Below, piece after piece: positions 52,450-64,000 of a stretch of 64,000 nucleotides of DNA. The translations under genes were made by a program, and so were the position numbers. Position 1 is the first letter of the stretch, and every line of letters starts with the position of its first letter. The stretch is from Gnetum montanum. Lineage: Eukaryota; Plantae; Gnetophyta. The stretch spans positions 124,001 through 188,000 of the forward strand of contig MNCI01002587.1 in NCBI GenBank assembly GCA_015680685.1, written 5' to 3'. A model generated the notes under the pieces. That model was not told the origin of the DNA and made no database searches. It was given only the letters and a program-made list of their open reading frames with translations.

Positions 52450-55400
52450 ATGAATGATGTAAGATCCTTTCCATAATGTTTAAAACTTAGTGCATTATGG
52501 TACATGCATGGGATTCCTGTAACGAGTCTTATTACCAGGTTGGAATTGAACCCTTGTTAACAATGCATCATGACGTTACTTGTGGTCTATCTTGTGAACT
52601 TCATTCATCATTAGGGCTATTTGTCAATTTTCATCTAGCATATTAAGTATCATAAGATGTTCTTTTCAAACTAGATTAATGTGTAGGTTAAGCTCACAAG
52701 CCATTGTAAGTGTACAAAGTTTACCATGGATTGGAAGTTTTGGCAACTTTCCATATCCCAACTCATAGGGAGAGTAATCTATAAAAAGTTTTCAAGTTAA
52801 ATGATATGCCCAAAGAGCATCATTAAGTTTTGTAATCCAATCTTTCCTATATCTACTAATAGTTTCTGTTAGAATCATAGTAATCTCCCAATTGGTACCT
52901 TTAGCTTGACCATTATCTTAGGGGTGATAGGGGGTTATAAGCTTATGTTAAAAATTCAAGCATTACATTAAATTTTTAAAAGTAGACCTTGTAAAATATT
53001 TGTAATTATCTAAAATGAGTGCTGAAGACACACCAAACCTATTTACCACCTATTATTATATCAATCAAGCTACAGAAATAGATGTACAGTCCAATACACC
53101 TGTAACTTTAACCCACTTTATGGAATAGTCAATGGTAACAATGATGTATGCCTTTCTATTATGAAGTCAATACCCCATAGGTTGAAAGGCTCTAATGGTT
53201 GGATCCACTATTGAGGTCCTTCCATTTGTATGGTCATTCCTCCATCTCATTGACATCGCTTGCATGAATGAAAGAAATGATGAGCATTCATGAAGATCAT
53301 TGGCCAAAAGGATCTTACCATGAGCATCTTCGTATCCATTCTCTTCTTGCATAGTGGTCCTTGTAAAAACTCTCATGAGAGTGTTGGAGGATGCACAACT
53401 AATCAGCATTAGGCACACACCATTCAACCAAGCCACTAGTAGAAATATTATAAAGGTTGTATGGATTTCCATGTAATACTTAACCTAGTAAAGGAATTTT
53501 TGTTTCTTATTATTATTCCATTCTGTTGAAGTTTCTTGTGTGAGAAGATAAGAGAGGAACTCATCATACTAATTGGTAACTCTTGGCTTTTGAGCTTCAA
53601 TGGATTTATCAAAGAGAAGTTTATTTGGAAATTAATCAAATAAAGGCTCCTCATTCTTCTTGTTATTCCATCATAACTAAGAAAAATGATCAAAAACTAC
53701 ATTTTTAGTTTCTTTTCTATCCATCATGGTAAGGTCAAATTCCTACAAAATCACCAGCCACCATATGATACAAGGGCTAACTACCAGCTTGTTCATTAGG
53801 AAATGGATGGTACTATCATCAATGTATATAAAAATTTTGTATCCAAACACATAGTACTTGAATTTTTTTCAATGCATACACCACCACGATGAGTTCCTTC
53901 TTAGTGGCGTAGTTTAGTTATGCACTCATAATGCTTCTAATTGTATGATGGATGTAGTATGGATGTTTCTAATCATTTGATAATGTTAGAACTACTTCCA
54001 ACATGTAGTTAGATGCATCTATCATTATGTGGAATGATCTAAACCAATCTAGAGCACATAGAATTGTAGTTTCTATGAGTTTTTTATTTAATTCCTAAAA
54101 TCCTTGTTAACATTTCTTTGTACATTTTAAAGTTACATCTTTCTTTGTAATCACCATTAGCAGTTTGGAAATTTTGAAGAAATTCTTGATGAAGGATCTA
54201 TAATAACCATTATGGCCAAGGAATGATCTTATATCTTTTACAATTTGAGATTATCTAGTAATTCCTTGAATGACATGTACTTTCTCTAAATCTATGTCAA
54301 TTCCTTTTCTTAAAATTTGGTGTCCCAAGACTATGCCCTCTTAGACCATCAAATAGCTTTTCTACCAACTAAGCCATAAATTTATCTCTACATGGCACTT
54401 CAGAACCTACTCTAAATAGTTCAAAGCTTGTTCAAAGTTGGCATCATACGTGAAGAAATCATTCGTAAAGACCTTAATATCACTACTAATTTACTACTGA
54501 AAGATGTTGAGTACCAAGAGTTGAAAATTTGTAGGGGCATTTCAATGGCCAAAGAGCATCTTCTTATATGAAAAAAATCTCCTAGGGACTTGTGACTCTC
54601 ATCTTGGCCTAATCTTCTAGTGCTAACTAAATTTAGTTATAACAACTATAACCATCCAAAAAATTATAGTAGTTATACCTTACAATTATATCTAGCAACT
54701 AGTCCACAAATAGCAATGAGAAATGATATTTAAATGTTTCCATATTCAACAGCTTGAAGTCAATACAAACTCTTCATTTTCCTTCTTTCTTTGGCACAAC
54801 CATGAGTGGGCTTATCCACTCACTATCTATTAGAGGATAGATGAATCTTGCCTTAAGAAGTTATTCCACGTCATCCTTAACAACTTCCTTAAACTTCAAA
54901 TTCAATCTTCTTTATGGCTACCTCCTTAGTTTGATGGAGAAGTCTATATAGATCCAATGCTAGAATATCTACAAATTTATTTTTCTTAACTCATAATATA
55001 ACCATGCAAAGGTTTTTAACCATTTATTCACTAGATGGAGAATTGATAATTACCATATTTCCATTATCAAGAAAATCATATTCTAATTTTGTTGGTAAAG
55101 CCTTAAGTTTAATGGGTTCTTTCTTAAAATCATTAGGGATTTTTAATTTTCCCCAATTTATTTTTGCATTTATTTTGGAGAGTTGAACATGAATATCCTT
55201 CATTCCATCCATTTCATTTATATAAGCACTTATGAGAAGCTTCATTAGTTTCATACATATTGTTGATCCAAAGTTACTTTCTGATGTTAGCCATAGGGTA
55301 CTTTCCTATTTTGTGACTACTACATATAAGCACCATTGAATATTTGATCACTTAGCATAACTATTACATGTTTTCAGAGATGCACTTTTCATAGCCCATA

Positions 55401-55900
55401 CCCTTTACACACTATGGCATCTTGTATCATTATATATAATGCATGGAACTTTCTTTTTCTCAAGCCTTCTAAATTCTTTTTCCTTAGAGATTTCCAAGGA
55501 AAGATCTTTGATCCCCATCTTGGCATCAATTGTACTAAGCTAAATCCTTCCCATGATAATAGAAAATTCCCCCTTATAATTATCCACCTGGATCATTACG
55601 AAATCTACTGGATATGACCAACCATAGATGGTGATCATAATGTCCTCTACCAGTCCCAAAGGAACATTGATGGACTAATCTACAAGCTCCAATCTGATGT
55701 TACATTTCTCGAGTGAAGGTAGGTTCTAGGTTTTGTACATCTCTTGATAAATAAAGTTTACCCTAAAACTTGAATCCAGTAGAGTCTTGCATGGATCATT
55801 TCCTAGGAATGTGACTTATCTTGATCTAATCTGTTACTATATGAGTTAACATAAAAGTATGAATATTTGAGGACTTTTAATTTAAAGGTAGCTGGAGGAT
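52450..55900 (-). pseudogene. pol: E5 protease-RT-RNase H-integrase, heavily decayed
   Basis: PIKLKALPTKLEYDFL, WISPLMVVPKKEGK, CIDFKLLN, integrase FQPMGIDF-like and VDYSIKWV-like motifs. Confidence 0.85.
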
Positions 55901-57007
55901 AATTTTAGTAGCAGTTGATGCAAGATTAGAAACCATTAATGTCTGCAAGGATTTTTATGAATTGTTTGGTTTGAAGAAAGGCCCCCTTTGAGGCTTATGC
56001 TCAAAACCACTAGGATGAACATTCAGCTATAACTTCATTGCCCTCATGGCACTTCATTGTTAGGACTGTGGTGGAATTTTCCAATGCATAGGTGGTGTAG
56101 GCGATAAGGGATTGATAGTAGATGATGCAAGGTAAGTTAGTGGATACAAAGAAGGATAAGTGAAAGGAAACTAAGTTGGCAAAATGGATGTTCTATGATA
56201 TTCTATGGCGTAGAGCTAATGAGAGAAAGGGTTTTGACTAGCATAGCCATGAGGAGATATAGGTTTCTAAACATAATATTCATAAAGATCTAGCTACTAA
56301 TAAGGATATTACAACCATGGTGGTGGCATCCCCCATGACTGTGGATTTTTCTATTACTAATATTGCTCCTAAGGTTGAGGTGGTGCTCCACTATGATAAT
56401 ACTATGTTGGATGGAACTACTACCTATAAGTGCCTTGTGAATAAGGCAATCTTATGGGTGGTTACTTTCTTGCCAATTTTGGATTAAATGTATACACTGT
56501 AGTTTCTTGCAAATGGGACACTATAGAACAACATCCCTTAGAATGCTTATATTGATAAATCTCACATTTGTTATCATCTATTTCCAAACCTGCAACCTCA
56601 TCAATCATTGTGGTTTTTCCTTTCTATTGATAGTCATATGTGCCTATATCTTTCCATCTTCTTCTTTCTCTATCTCTACTTCTTTACTTCATCTTATCCT
56701 CTACTATATTGAGAGTGGTTTGGAACTTCTCATCCAAGGAGTTCCATATTTTATCCACCTTAGTCAATATCTCAATAATATATTTTTGAATCAGTAAGGT
56801 TTTCCTTTTCATCACTTTATCTAGTGGTGTTTCCACCTTTGAATCATTGAAAATGCACCTCCCTTTTGAGAATGAAGGGATCTCTCTTATATTCTTCTAT
56901 ACTTTCTCTCTTTTTCAACTCTCCTTCTTCCTTTACCACTTGATCAATCAGCTTTTGGATCTAATGGTCTTTCATTTTAAAAAGTTTCCCTTAGGAATAG
57001 GTCCCAA

Positions 57008-59580
57008 TGTTGTGATAGAAAAATTTAGTGTTGAAGGGCCAAAAATCTCTGTTGGAATAGTTTAACCCACAAATCCATAGGCCTTGAAAAGGATCTACAA
57101 GCACCTCAAATAGTTCAACAAATTACTTTAGGAGTTGAACATTTATTATCGAGAAATACAAAAGTGTAAATAAATCATCTCTAATTTAAGATATAGCTCA
57201 GAATACCAAAATAGAAAAATGAAAAAACAAAGGTAAAATTCCAACTTTGATATTAATGTTGTAAAATGAAATGTTACAAGCAAAGGTTCAAGAGATACAA
57301 ATTATGGGTTTTAGAAAACCCAAAGATGCGGTAGCATTGTTAAGCTATGATACCATCGTAGGGCAATGTATCTTAATATATCTTCTCCTTAACTTTGCTT
57401 GTCTTCTCCGGTGGTTTGCACTATGGGAGAGTAATGGTGGTCATTATGGACTCTTGGGCATCTGCACTGCTCAAAAGTCTCAAGTTCAATGTGTATGAAA
57501 AATGAAAAATTCCTTATGACAAAGTAGATTGTTGCTTAAATAGGCCACTAATGTCCTAATTTGTTGCTAATTGTTTCTATTATGATTAATGAAAATGTCT
57601 AGGAAATTCTGTCATACCTAGAACATTTGCATGTAGCATCCATCATTAGCATCAATGCCGATACCATTAGGCCATGATGCTAGCATTAGTGTTGGTACCA
57701 TGAAGTCATGACACTAGCATTAGCATCGGTACATAAGACCATGCTACTAGCATCATTGTCAACATTGATGACATGAGGTAATGATGCTAGCATCATTGTC
57801 AGTGACATGAGGTAATGATGCTAGTATCATTATTAGTAACATGAGGTTATAATGCTAGCATCATTGTCAATAACATGAGGTTATGATGTTAGTGTCATTG
57901 TCAGTAACATGAGGTTACAATATTAGCATTATTGGGAAAATAAGGCAATTGTATCTACCTTTATTTTCCACCAAGTTACAAAGAAATTTGGCCATGAATT
58001 ACAATAGGAATTTCTTTGGGGTGTTTCAATGGCCCCTCTTTGTTGATGTTTTGAGGATTGACCTAAGGAACATCAACAAAGAATGTGAAACATCACTACA
58101 AGTTCATCACCAATGCTCTCTCTCCACACTTGATTTGGTAGCTATCAAATCTTGCCAAGGAGTGTTCATGATGGTGAAATAAGGTCATGATGAAATGTCA
58201 AGAGTTTGACATGGGATCAATGGCTACAATAATTAATAAGGAATAGTTATTTTGGCTAACAAGGAATTCTAAATGTTGACATCATGGCAATAATATGACT
58301 GTAACATGTGAACTTATTGAAGGTCTTCATATTTCATGCTTGAATTATTGGTTACTTAGTGATGTTTTGGAGGAACCAACACTTCATCCTTGGGTTTCTT
58401 TGGCCGTTAGGCTTCTCCATTTTGGTTTGGAACCATTTGTTTTACATTAGGCTTGGCCTCTTGGCTTTCCTGGCATTTTCTCCCCTTTTTTCTTATTCTT
58501 TTTACCTTTTTTTCTCTTTCTTTTTGGAAGTGAAAGCTTCATTGGGTTTTACTACCAATGTCGAACTTTGTTTTCTTACTAAATGAGATGAGTTACATCT
58601 AATGTACCTGATTGGTAGAGTATGTCAGATTTTGCTTTGTTCTCTGGTTGAATGAGATGTCTTACATTCAATGAACTTGATCTATGGAGTGTGTAAAGGA
58701 GTATGTCACATGGCTATGGTGCATAAATGTCAAACATTGGCTTTCATTGTTATTAGGATAAGGAAGAATGTACTTTGGCTACAAGGACATGGTTCAGATG
58801 GAGTAACAGAAGTGATGTGAGGTAAGCATTCTTAGCATAGTTGGATAAGCTAATCAAATATCATACATCAAGATTGCATGGTAACTTACTATGTCACACC
58901 TTTGTGATGACTCTAGGCTTTTTCCTACAAGAACAACTCCAAGAGGACAAGAAAACAAGCCAAATAATACATATTATTACAACAAACTACATAAGACCAC
59001 ATGAGATAATAAGTAGAATACAAACCATTATAGTTTACAAATGGTATAACATGAGAAATTTGTATTTTGTTTCACAGATTTTACAAAGTTTTGCAGTTCA
59101 TTTGTTGTGTCCAAAAAAAAAGACAAAAGATGAGTGGTCACACATGCTTGTTTGTTGTAGGCCACAAGAGTTATCAATGTCATTCATTTATTGAAAGTTG
59201 TAAACAAAAGCCAACACTAAAAGCAAACACATTAATGTTAGATATAATCAAGGTCATGCAAAGACTTTTATGTTTCCATTCAAGGGCTTGATGATGTCTT
59301 GAGCAAGCTAGGTTTTGATGAGGAAGTTGGTTTCATGCATTTTCTCCTCACCATTATTGACACAAATGAGGAATCCAACCAAGTAACCCTCTATGATGTT
59401 CTTGGCTTCAAGGTCAATGGCAATTAGAACATTCCAAAGCATTGAGGTTATATGGTCAAGTGCTTTTAGGTTCTCGGTCTAGGCATTTGAGGGCAACTTA
59501 GTTGAATAACAATTAGCATAAGGGTCTACTTGGGCTGAAATATTAGACAAATTTGCTTCCTCATCCTCCTAGCCTAACCC
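57008..59580 (-). mobile_element. E6: 3' end of a further Tat-family element (3' LTR 57008-58028, PPT, 3'UTR); right boundary uncertain
   Basis: Minus strand caacaaagaggggccat + TGAAACACCCC; U5 resembles E4 LTR end; ~33-bp tandem repeat gatgctagcatcattgtcagtgacatgaggt at 57630-57930. Confidence 0.75.
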
Positions 59581-59853
59581 TACATGTCAACATAAGTACA
59601 TCAAGTGGCATCTACATGATAAATTTGCTAAATGATGCAAAATATTGTAATAATGGAGCAAAAACAGACCAAATAAAGTCAAAACACAGTAAAGCAAGGC
59701 TCAACAAGGCAAAGTAGAGTAAAATAAGGTAATAACAAAGCAAAATATGGTTAAATGAGACTAAAACTTGGTCAAAATGAGGTAAAACAAGAGAGAAGTA
59801 AGGTTTAAAACAAGTAAAATCAAATGAAACAATGTTAGAATAGTGTTAAATTC

Positions 59854-59856
<3 letters not shown>

Positions 59857-59893
<37 letters not shown>
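59857..59893 (+). repeat. (ATT)n microsatellite
   Basis: attattatt run. Confidence 0.9.
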
Positions 59894-59894
<1 letters not shown>

Positions 59895-60749
59895 GAATTC
59901 TTGCCAAATATATTATTTTTAATGTTTCAATGAGAATTTATTGAAAGTCCAAATTTGTTCAACATTGCTTAACATAGAGACATCTTTTAGAACCGGTTCA
60001 AAATTCACTAAGACCTTTACATCTCATTTATAACCTTTTAAGACGAATCATATAGTGCTAGATTATATTTTGTATATAACCCTATACAAGCCCAATAATG
60101 TAAAGCTAACTAATATTTCTCAAATTTTTATTAGTTCATCACAAAATTGTTTTTAACCTCAATCTTATTATTAAATGAAAAGATTTCCTTATCTAAATTA
60201 CAAATATATGTTGCAAAGATATAACTAAACTAGTTTATTATCCTTGAAACCAAACAAAAATACAGATTGCAAATGCAATTTCTAGCAAAAGTAATACAAA
60301 TCAAATTACTCAAGGAGGTTATGCATTCATTTTTTCCTAAAACATAGAATAGTTTTTTGAGATGGCCACTTGTCACATGAGAGACGGTGATTTAAAAATC
60401 AAATTACAAAAACATCTGTTCATGTTTCCCTCGTTTTTTTCTCTCTCTCTTTATTTTTTTATTTTTTTGGGTTTCTTAAGAGATGCAATCAATTCTTATG
60501 AAGTCATGGTTCAGCTTTATTAGTTTGCCCCGCTAGTCAAGAGAAAGACGGTGATTGTATACGGGATTAAACGTACAAGAGGAAAACCAAACTTGGAAGA
60601 AGCCATATTCTTTCCCTCTCGTAAGAAAACAATTGAAACAGTAACGGAAATCTGGTCTCACGGTTAAGAATTTGGGCCAGATAAATTAATTTTCTCATGG
60701 ATGGAAAAAAGGTTCAGTATACCAAGATAGCACTTATTCCCAGAGGTAT

Positions 60750-60783
<34 letters not shown>

Positions 60784-61028
60784 CCATTACCAACCTTGTG
60801 AAAATAAAGATAACTCTTCATTGTGAAGAATGATATACGCTGCCTGAAACATACCCATGAATTAACGCTTACGTGCGAGACCTTAAAATTCGACAAATAA
60901 AATCAAACTGTCCGCCAACACTGGTCACACAGGGCCCTGGCACGCACAGTTTCACTTAATTCTTGGCACGTTTAGCGTAGAACGGCTGAAGCAACAGACT
61001 GGCAACTTCATCAATATTTCCAACCTGA

Positions 61029-61214
<186 letters not shown>

Positions 61215-61447
61215 AGAGTAACAGCGGACAATTATTCTAAGACTTCTCCCTACAGGGGATATAGGTTTTTCGTAGCGTTTCTGTGCGTAATTAATGGCAG
61301 CTGTTTCCAGAGTTCATGAGCTTTATGCTCGGGTCCCAATAATCATAGAATTTCTTTTTGTTGGATGTTTTTTGGCTGTCTTACTTCCCTGATGAAGTGT
61401 TCAAATTGATTATGGATCGTACCGTTTTTGGCTCATTTACTCTTTCA

Positions 61448-61620
61448 CTGATTACTTATATTGCACAATTTTATGCAAATTCTCCTACCTGTTCAAAGGT
61501 AGTACATCAATTCCCAGTAACTCATGTTGATGATGAATTGCTTCATTCCGGATGGAATTCATGCAACTCATGCTATGGATATTTCTCTGCTAAAAGACGT
61601 CACCTCATTTTGCCTCATCA
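61448..61620 (+). pseudogene. SBP1: Selenium-binding protein / methanethiol oxidase (SBP56) exon fragment
   Basis: NSPTCSKVVHQFPVTHVDDELLHSGWNSCNSCYGYFSAKRRHLILP versus SPTYSxVIHRLP...GDELHHSGWNSCSSCHGD...RRYLVLP. Confidence 0.9.
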
Positions 61621-62349
61621 AGAACGCGTTTAAATGTACAACAAACCTCGAAGTAATAAGTCTTTCAGTCAAACGATTTAGAACTTGAGTAAGCAATTGT
61701 TGAATATTCTTGACCTATCAATATGTATGCTTAAGAGGTGTTAAAACAGTACATGGCTTTTGCGTGGACTACTGAAATAATTGCAGATAAAGCAAGGCTC
61801 TGAAAGATCACAGGAGAAATTGCTGAAACAATAATAATAGCCAGAAACGCTGATTGAATAATGTAAGCAGTTTAATAACAGAAAAGGATAAGAACCAACT
61901 TTGTTTAATCAATAATAAGGAAAGCTGTCTTGGTATCATAAACGATGACTTTCCAGCAGAAATAGCAAGGCCGATCCATGAAATTTTACAGCGCCAGCAA
62001 GTCCGGAAAGCTGGGGTAGGCAGAGTTTGAGAAAATGGACACTGGTTTGTACGCTGGGGGTAAGTTTCAAGTACGTTGATTGGACGCCACACTAGCGTTG
62101 TTTTGGCGTTTTACCGGAAAGCTTCCGTTTTGGAAGACGTTAACTTGGGATTCTATAATAGCGTCATCTTACTGATTTTGGAAATTTCCAATTTTTGAAA
62201 AACATTATTTGAACACTCAGGGTCATTTTGTCCTACTAATTTCTGAAAATTCTGTTTTTGAAGAACAGGTTTGAACATTACAGCGGTATCCTTTTGCCGT
62301 CGAAACGAATTTAGAAAGTCCTCTTAGCGTCGGAACGATTTATGGAAAT

Positions 62350-63345
62350 TTCCTAATTCAAACTGGCTGTCCTTTATGTTGTTATCATCATCATGTTGGT
62401 TTGATGCAGCCCTTAACCGTAGGAGGCGTCGCAGCGGGAGACGTGCACGGGTAATTCAAACTGAATGCCCTTTTAGGTTGTTATCATCATCAAACTGGAT
62501 GTTTTTTAGGTTGTTATCATCATCATGTTGGTACTCGCATTGCTAGGTTTCAGATGTGGCCAATGCGTAAGGAGGCAGAATTTACGCATGGATCATTCCA
62601 GAATTGATGCAGCCCTTAACCGTAGGAGGCGTGGGAGTGTCGCGGCGGGAGGCGTGCACGGGTAATTCAAACTGAATGCCCTTTTAGTTTGTTGAATGCC
62701 CTTTTAGTTTGTTATCATCATCAACTGAATGTTTTTTAGGTTGTTATAATCATCATGTTCACTTTTTTAGGTTGTTATCATCATCATGTTGGTACTGGCA
62801 TTGCTAGGTTTCAGATGTGGCCAATGCATAAGGAGGCAGAATTTACGCATTGCCTTGATTGATTGGATCATTCCAGAATTGATGCAGCCCTTAACCGTAG
62901 GAGGCGTGGAAGTGTTGCTGCGTAGGAGGCGTGGAAGTGTTGCTGCGGAGTATGTGCACGGGTAATTCAAACTGAATGCCCTTTTAGGTTGTTATCATCA
63001 TCCTGTTGGTTCTTGCATTGTGGCCAATGCGGAAGGAGGCAGAATTTACGCATTGCCTTGCTGGATTGGATTCGATCATTCCAGAATTGATGCACCCCTT
63101 AACTGTAGGAGGCGTGCGAGTGTTGCGGCAGAGTATGTGCGCGGGTAATTCAAACTGTATATTGTTATCATCATCAAACTGGATGTCTTTTAGGTTATTG
63201 TTATCATCATCAAACTGGATGTCTTTTAGGTTGTTATCATCATCATGTTGGTTCTTACATTGGCAGAATTTAGGCATTGCCTACCTTGATTCGATCATTC
63301 CAGATTTTACGCAGCCCTTAACAGTAGGAGGCGTAGGAGTGTTGC
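62350..63345. repeat. Complex tandem repeat, ~5 units of 200-280 bp
   Basis: gcagcccttaaccgtaggaggcgt at ~62406, 62608, 62884, 63092 and 63311; sub-repeat ttttaggttgttatcatcatc. Confidence 0.9.
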
Positions 63346-63488
63346 CGCGGGCTGTGTGGCCCAAGACCGTCGTCAGCCAACATCGCGGTGGCGACGCGGC
63401 GGCAGGCCGAGAGAAGAGCAGTAGGCTGGCAATGGCATACAATGTGGTTGGGTCCTCCAGCATGAGCTCCGCCGCCTTGACCCGGCAC
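63318..63488 (-). pseudogene. DUF4228/PADRE-domain gene fragment, 1-nt frameshift
   Basis: Joining two frames gives RVKAAELMLED-PNHIVCH...RRVATAMLADDGL, like PADRE PVKAAELMLExPxHFVC...RRIxxLxADEEL. Confidence 0.65.
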
Positions 63489-64000
63489 CTGAACTCTTAT
63501 TATTTTTCGGATTTGGAAGCAGCTTCCAACAATGTTATAAACCAATTTCTCTAACTTTAAATATTCTTTTTCCAACGCCACACTTCGTCTTTGTATACAC
63601 AAACCCCTGTAAGCATAATTGAGGCCTCGTGTTCATGAATCATCCTTAACCATTGTTAACATTTTTTCTTACAGTGGACTACTTTTACCTATAATTGTCT
63701 AGATGTAAGACACAGCTTGATTCTTACAATCCCACTTTTCTGCAGAAGGATTTCATGGGACGTGACAGTATGCATATTAAGTATTAAAAATTTCTGTTTC
63801 AGTCATGGTTACAGGACGGCTGATGAAATGATTTCGATGGCAGACCAGTGATTATGATTTTTAACATTGTAAATTCTGTTTCTAGTGAATTTGCCTCTTC
63901 TGTTATCGTTTTCAGGTGAAGCCTAAGCTACGGTAACTGCAAATTCAATTATCTTAACATACAAAGTCATTCACGTCGTTGACATGAATACTTCATTGCT

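Larger units (their letters stand above)
46342..57007 (-). mobile_element. E5: Athila-like Ty3/gypsy element (3' LTR, accessory ORF, pol, partial gag), cut by E6
   Basis: LTR 46342-47188 homologous to E3 LTRs; RT-RH-INT without aRH. Confidence 0.85.

Noticed and set aside
60950-61026. Minus-strand VGNIDEVA resembling the ATP synthase beta C-terminus
   Set aside because: Only ~7 residues; flanks do not match
62380-63250. TGATGA/CTGA boxes suggesting a C/D snoRNA cluster, or a telomerase-template-like cccttaacc
   Set aside because: TGATGA comes from a (TGA)n sub-repeat; no properly spaced D box or recognisable rRNA guide; not a correct telomere template
63006-63554. 182-aa + strand ORF
   Set aside because: Non-ATG start, made of repeat units and the antisense of the PADRE fragment
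63674-63932. Possible micro-exon gene on the + strand
   Set aside because: Implied introns are ~40 nt and no recognisable joined protein results; unresolved at the window edge

Overview
This is plant nuclear DNA, and about the first 59.5 kb is a nest of decayed LTR retrotransposons. Tat/Ogre-like Ty3/gypsy elements (E1 1-8185 +, E2 9506-27736 -, E4 27737-45001 +, E6 57008-~59580 -, plus an orphan LTR at 8186-9505) are interleaved with two Athila-like elements (E3 27996-35891 -, E5 46342-57007 -) and a Ty1/copia gag remnant. Most stop codons are C>T or G>A decay. The last ~4 kb is CpG-richer and holds fragments of GAPDH, selenium-binding protein and DUF4228/PADRE genes plus a tandem repeat. 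No intact host gene is evident. The main finding is the architecture of the Tat/Ogre family. (i) A ~6.4-kb predicted intron separates protease from RT. (ii) Inside it is an antisense gene of 7-8 exons and ~1000 aa, with an FCP1/SCP-like (NIF/HAD) phosphatase-fold domain lacking the catalytic Asp motif, a plant-transposon-protein-like domain and a coiled coil; its FCP1-like exon is conserved at protein level in E1. (iii) Arrays of a bulged RNA hairpin (stem-N-GRCNNWAAAC-stem) lie only in predicted introns. (iv) Family-specific variants of an ACGCTG/CAGCGT motif are shared between each LTR and the antisense-gene promoter and are sometimes phased at ~190 bp. All calls are by eye; no searches were run.
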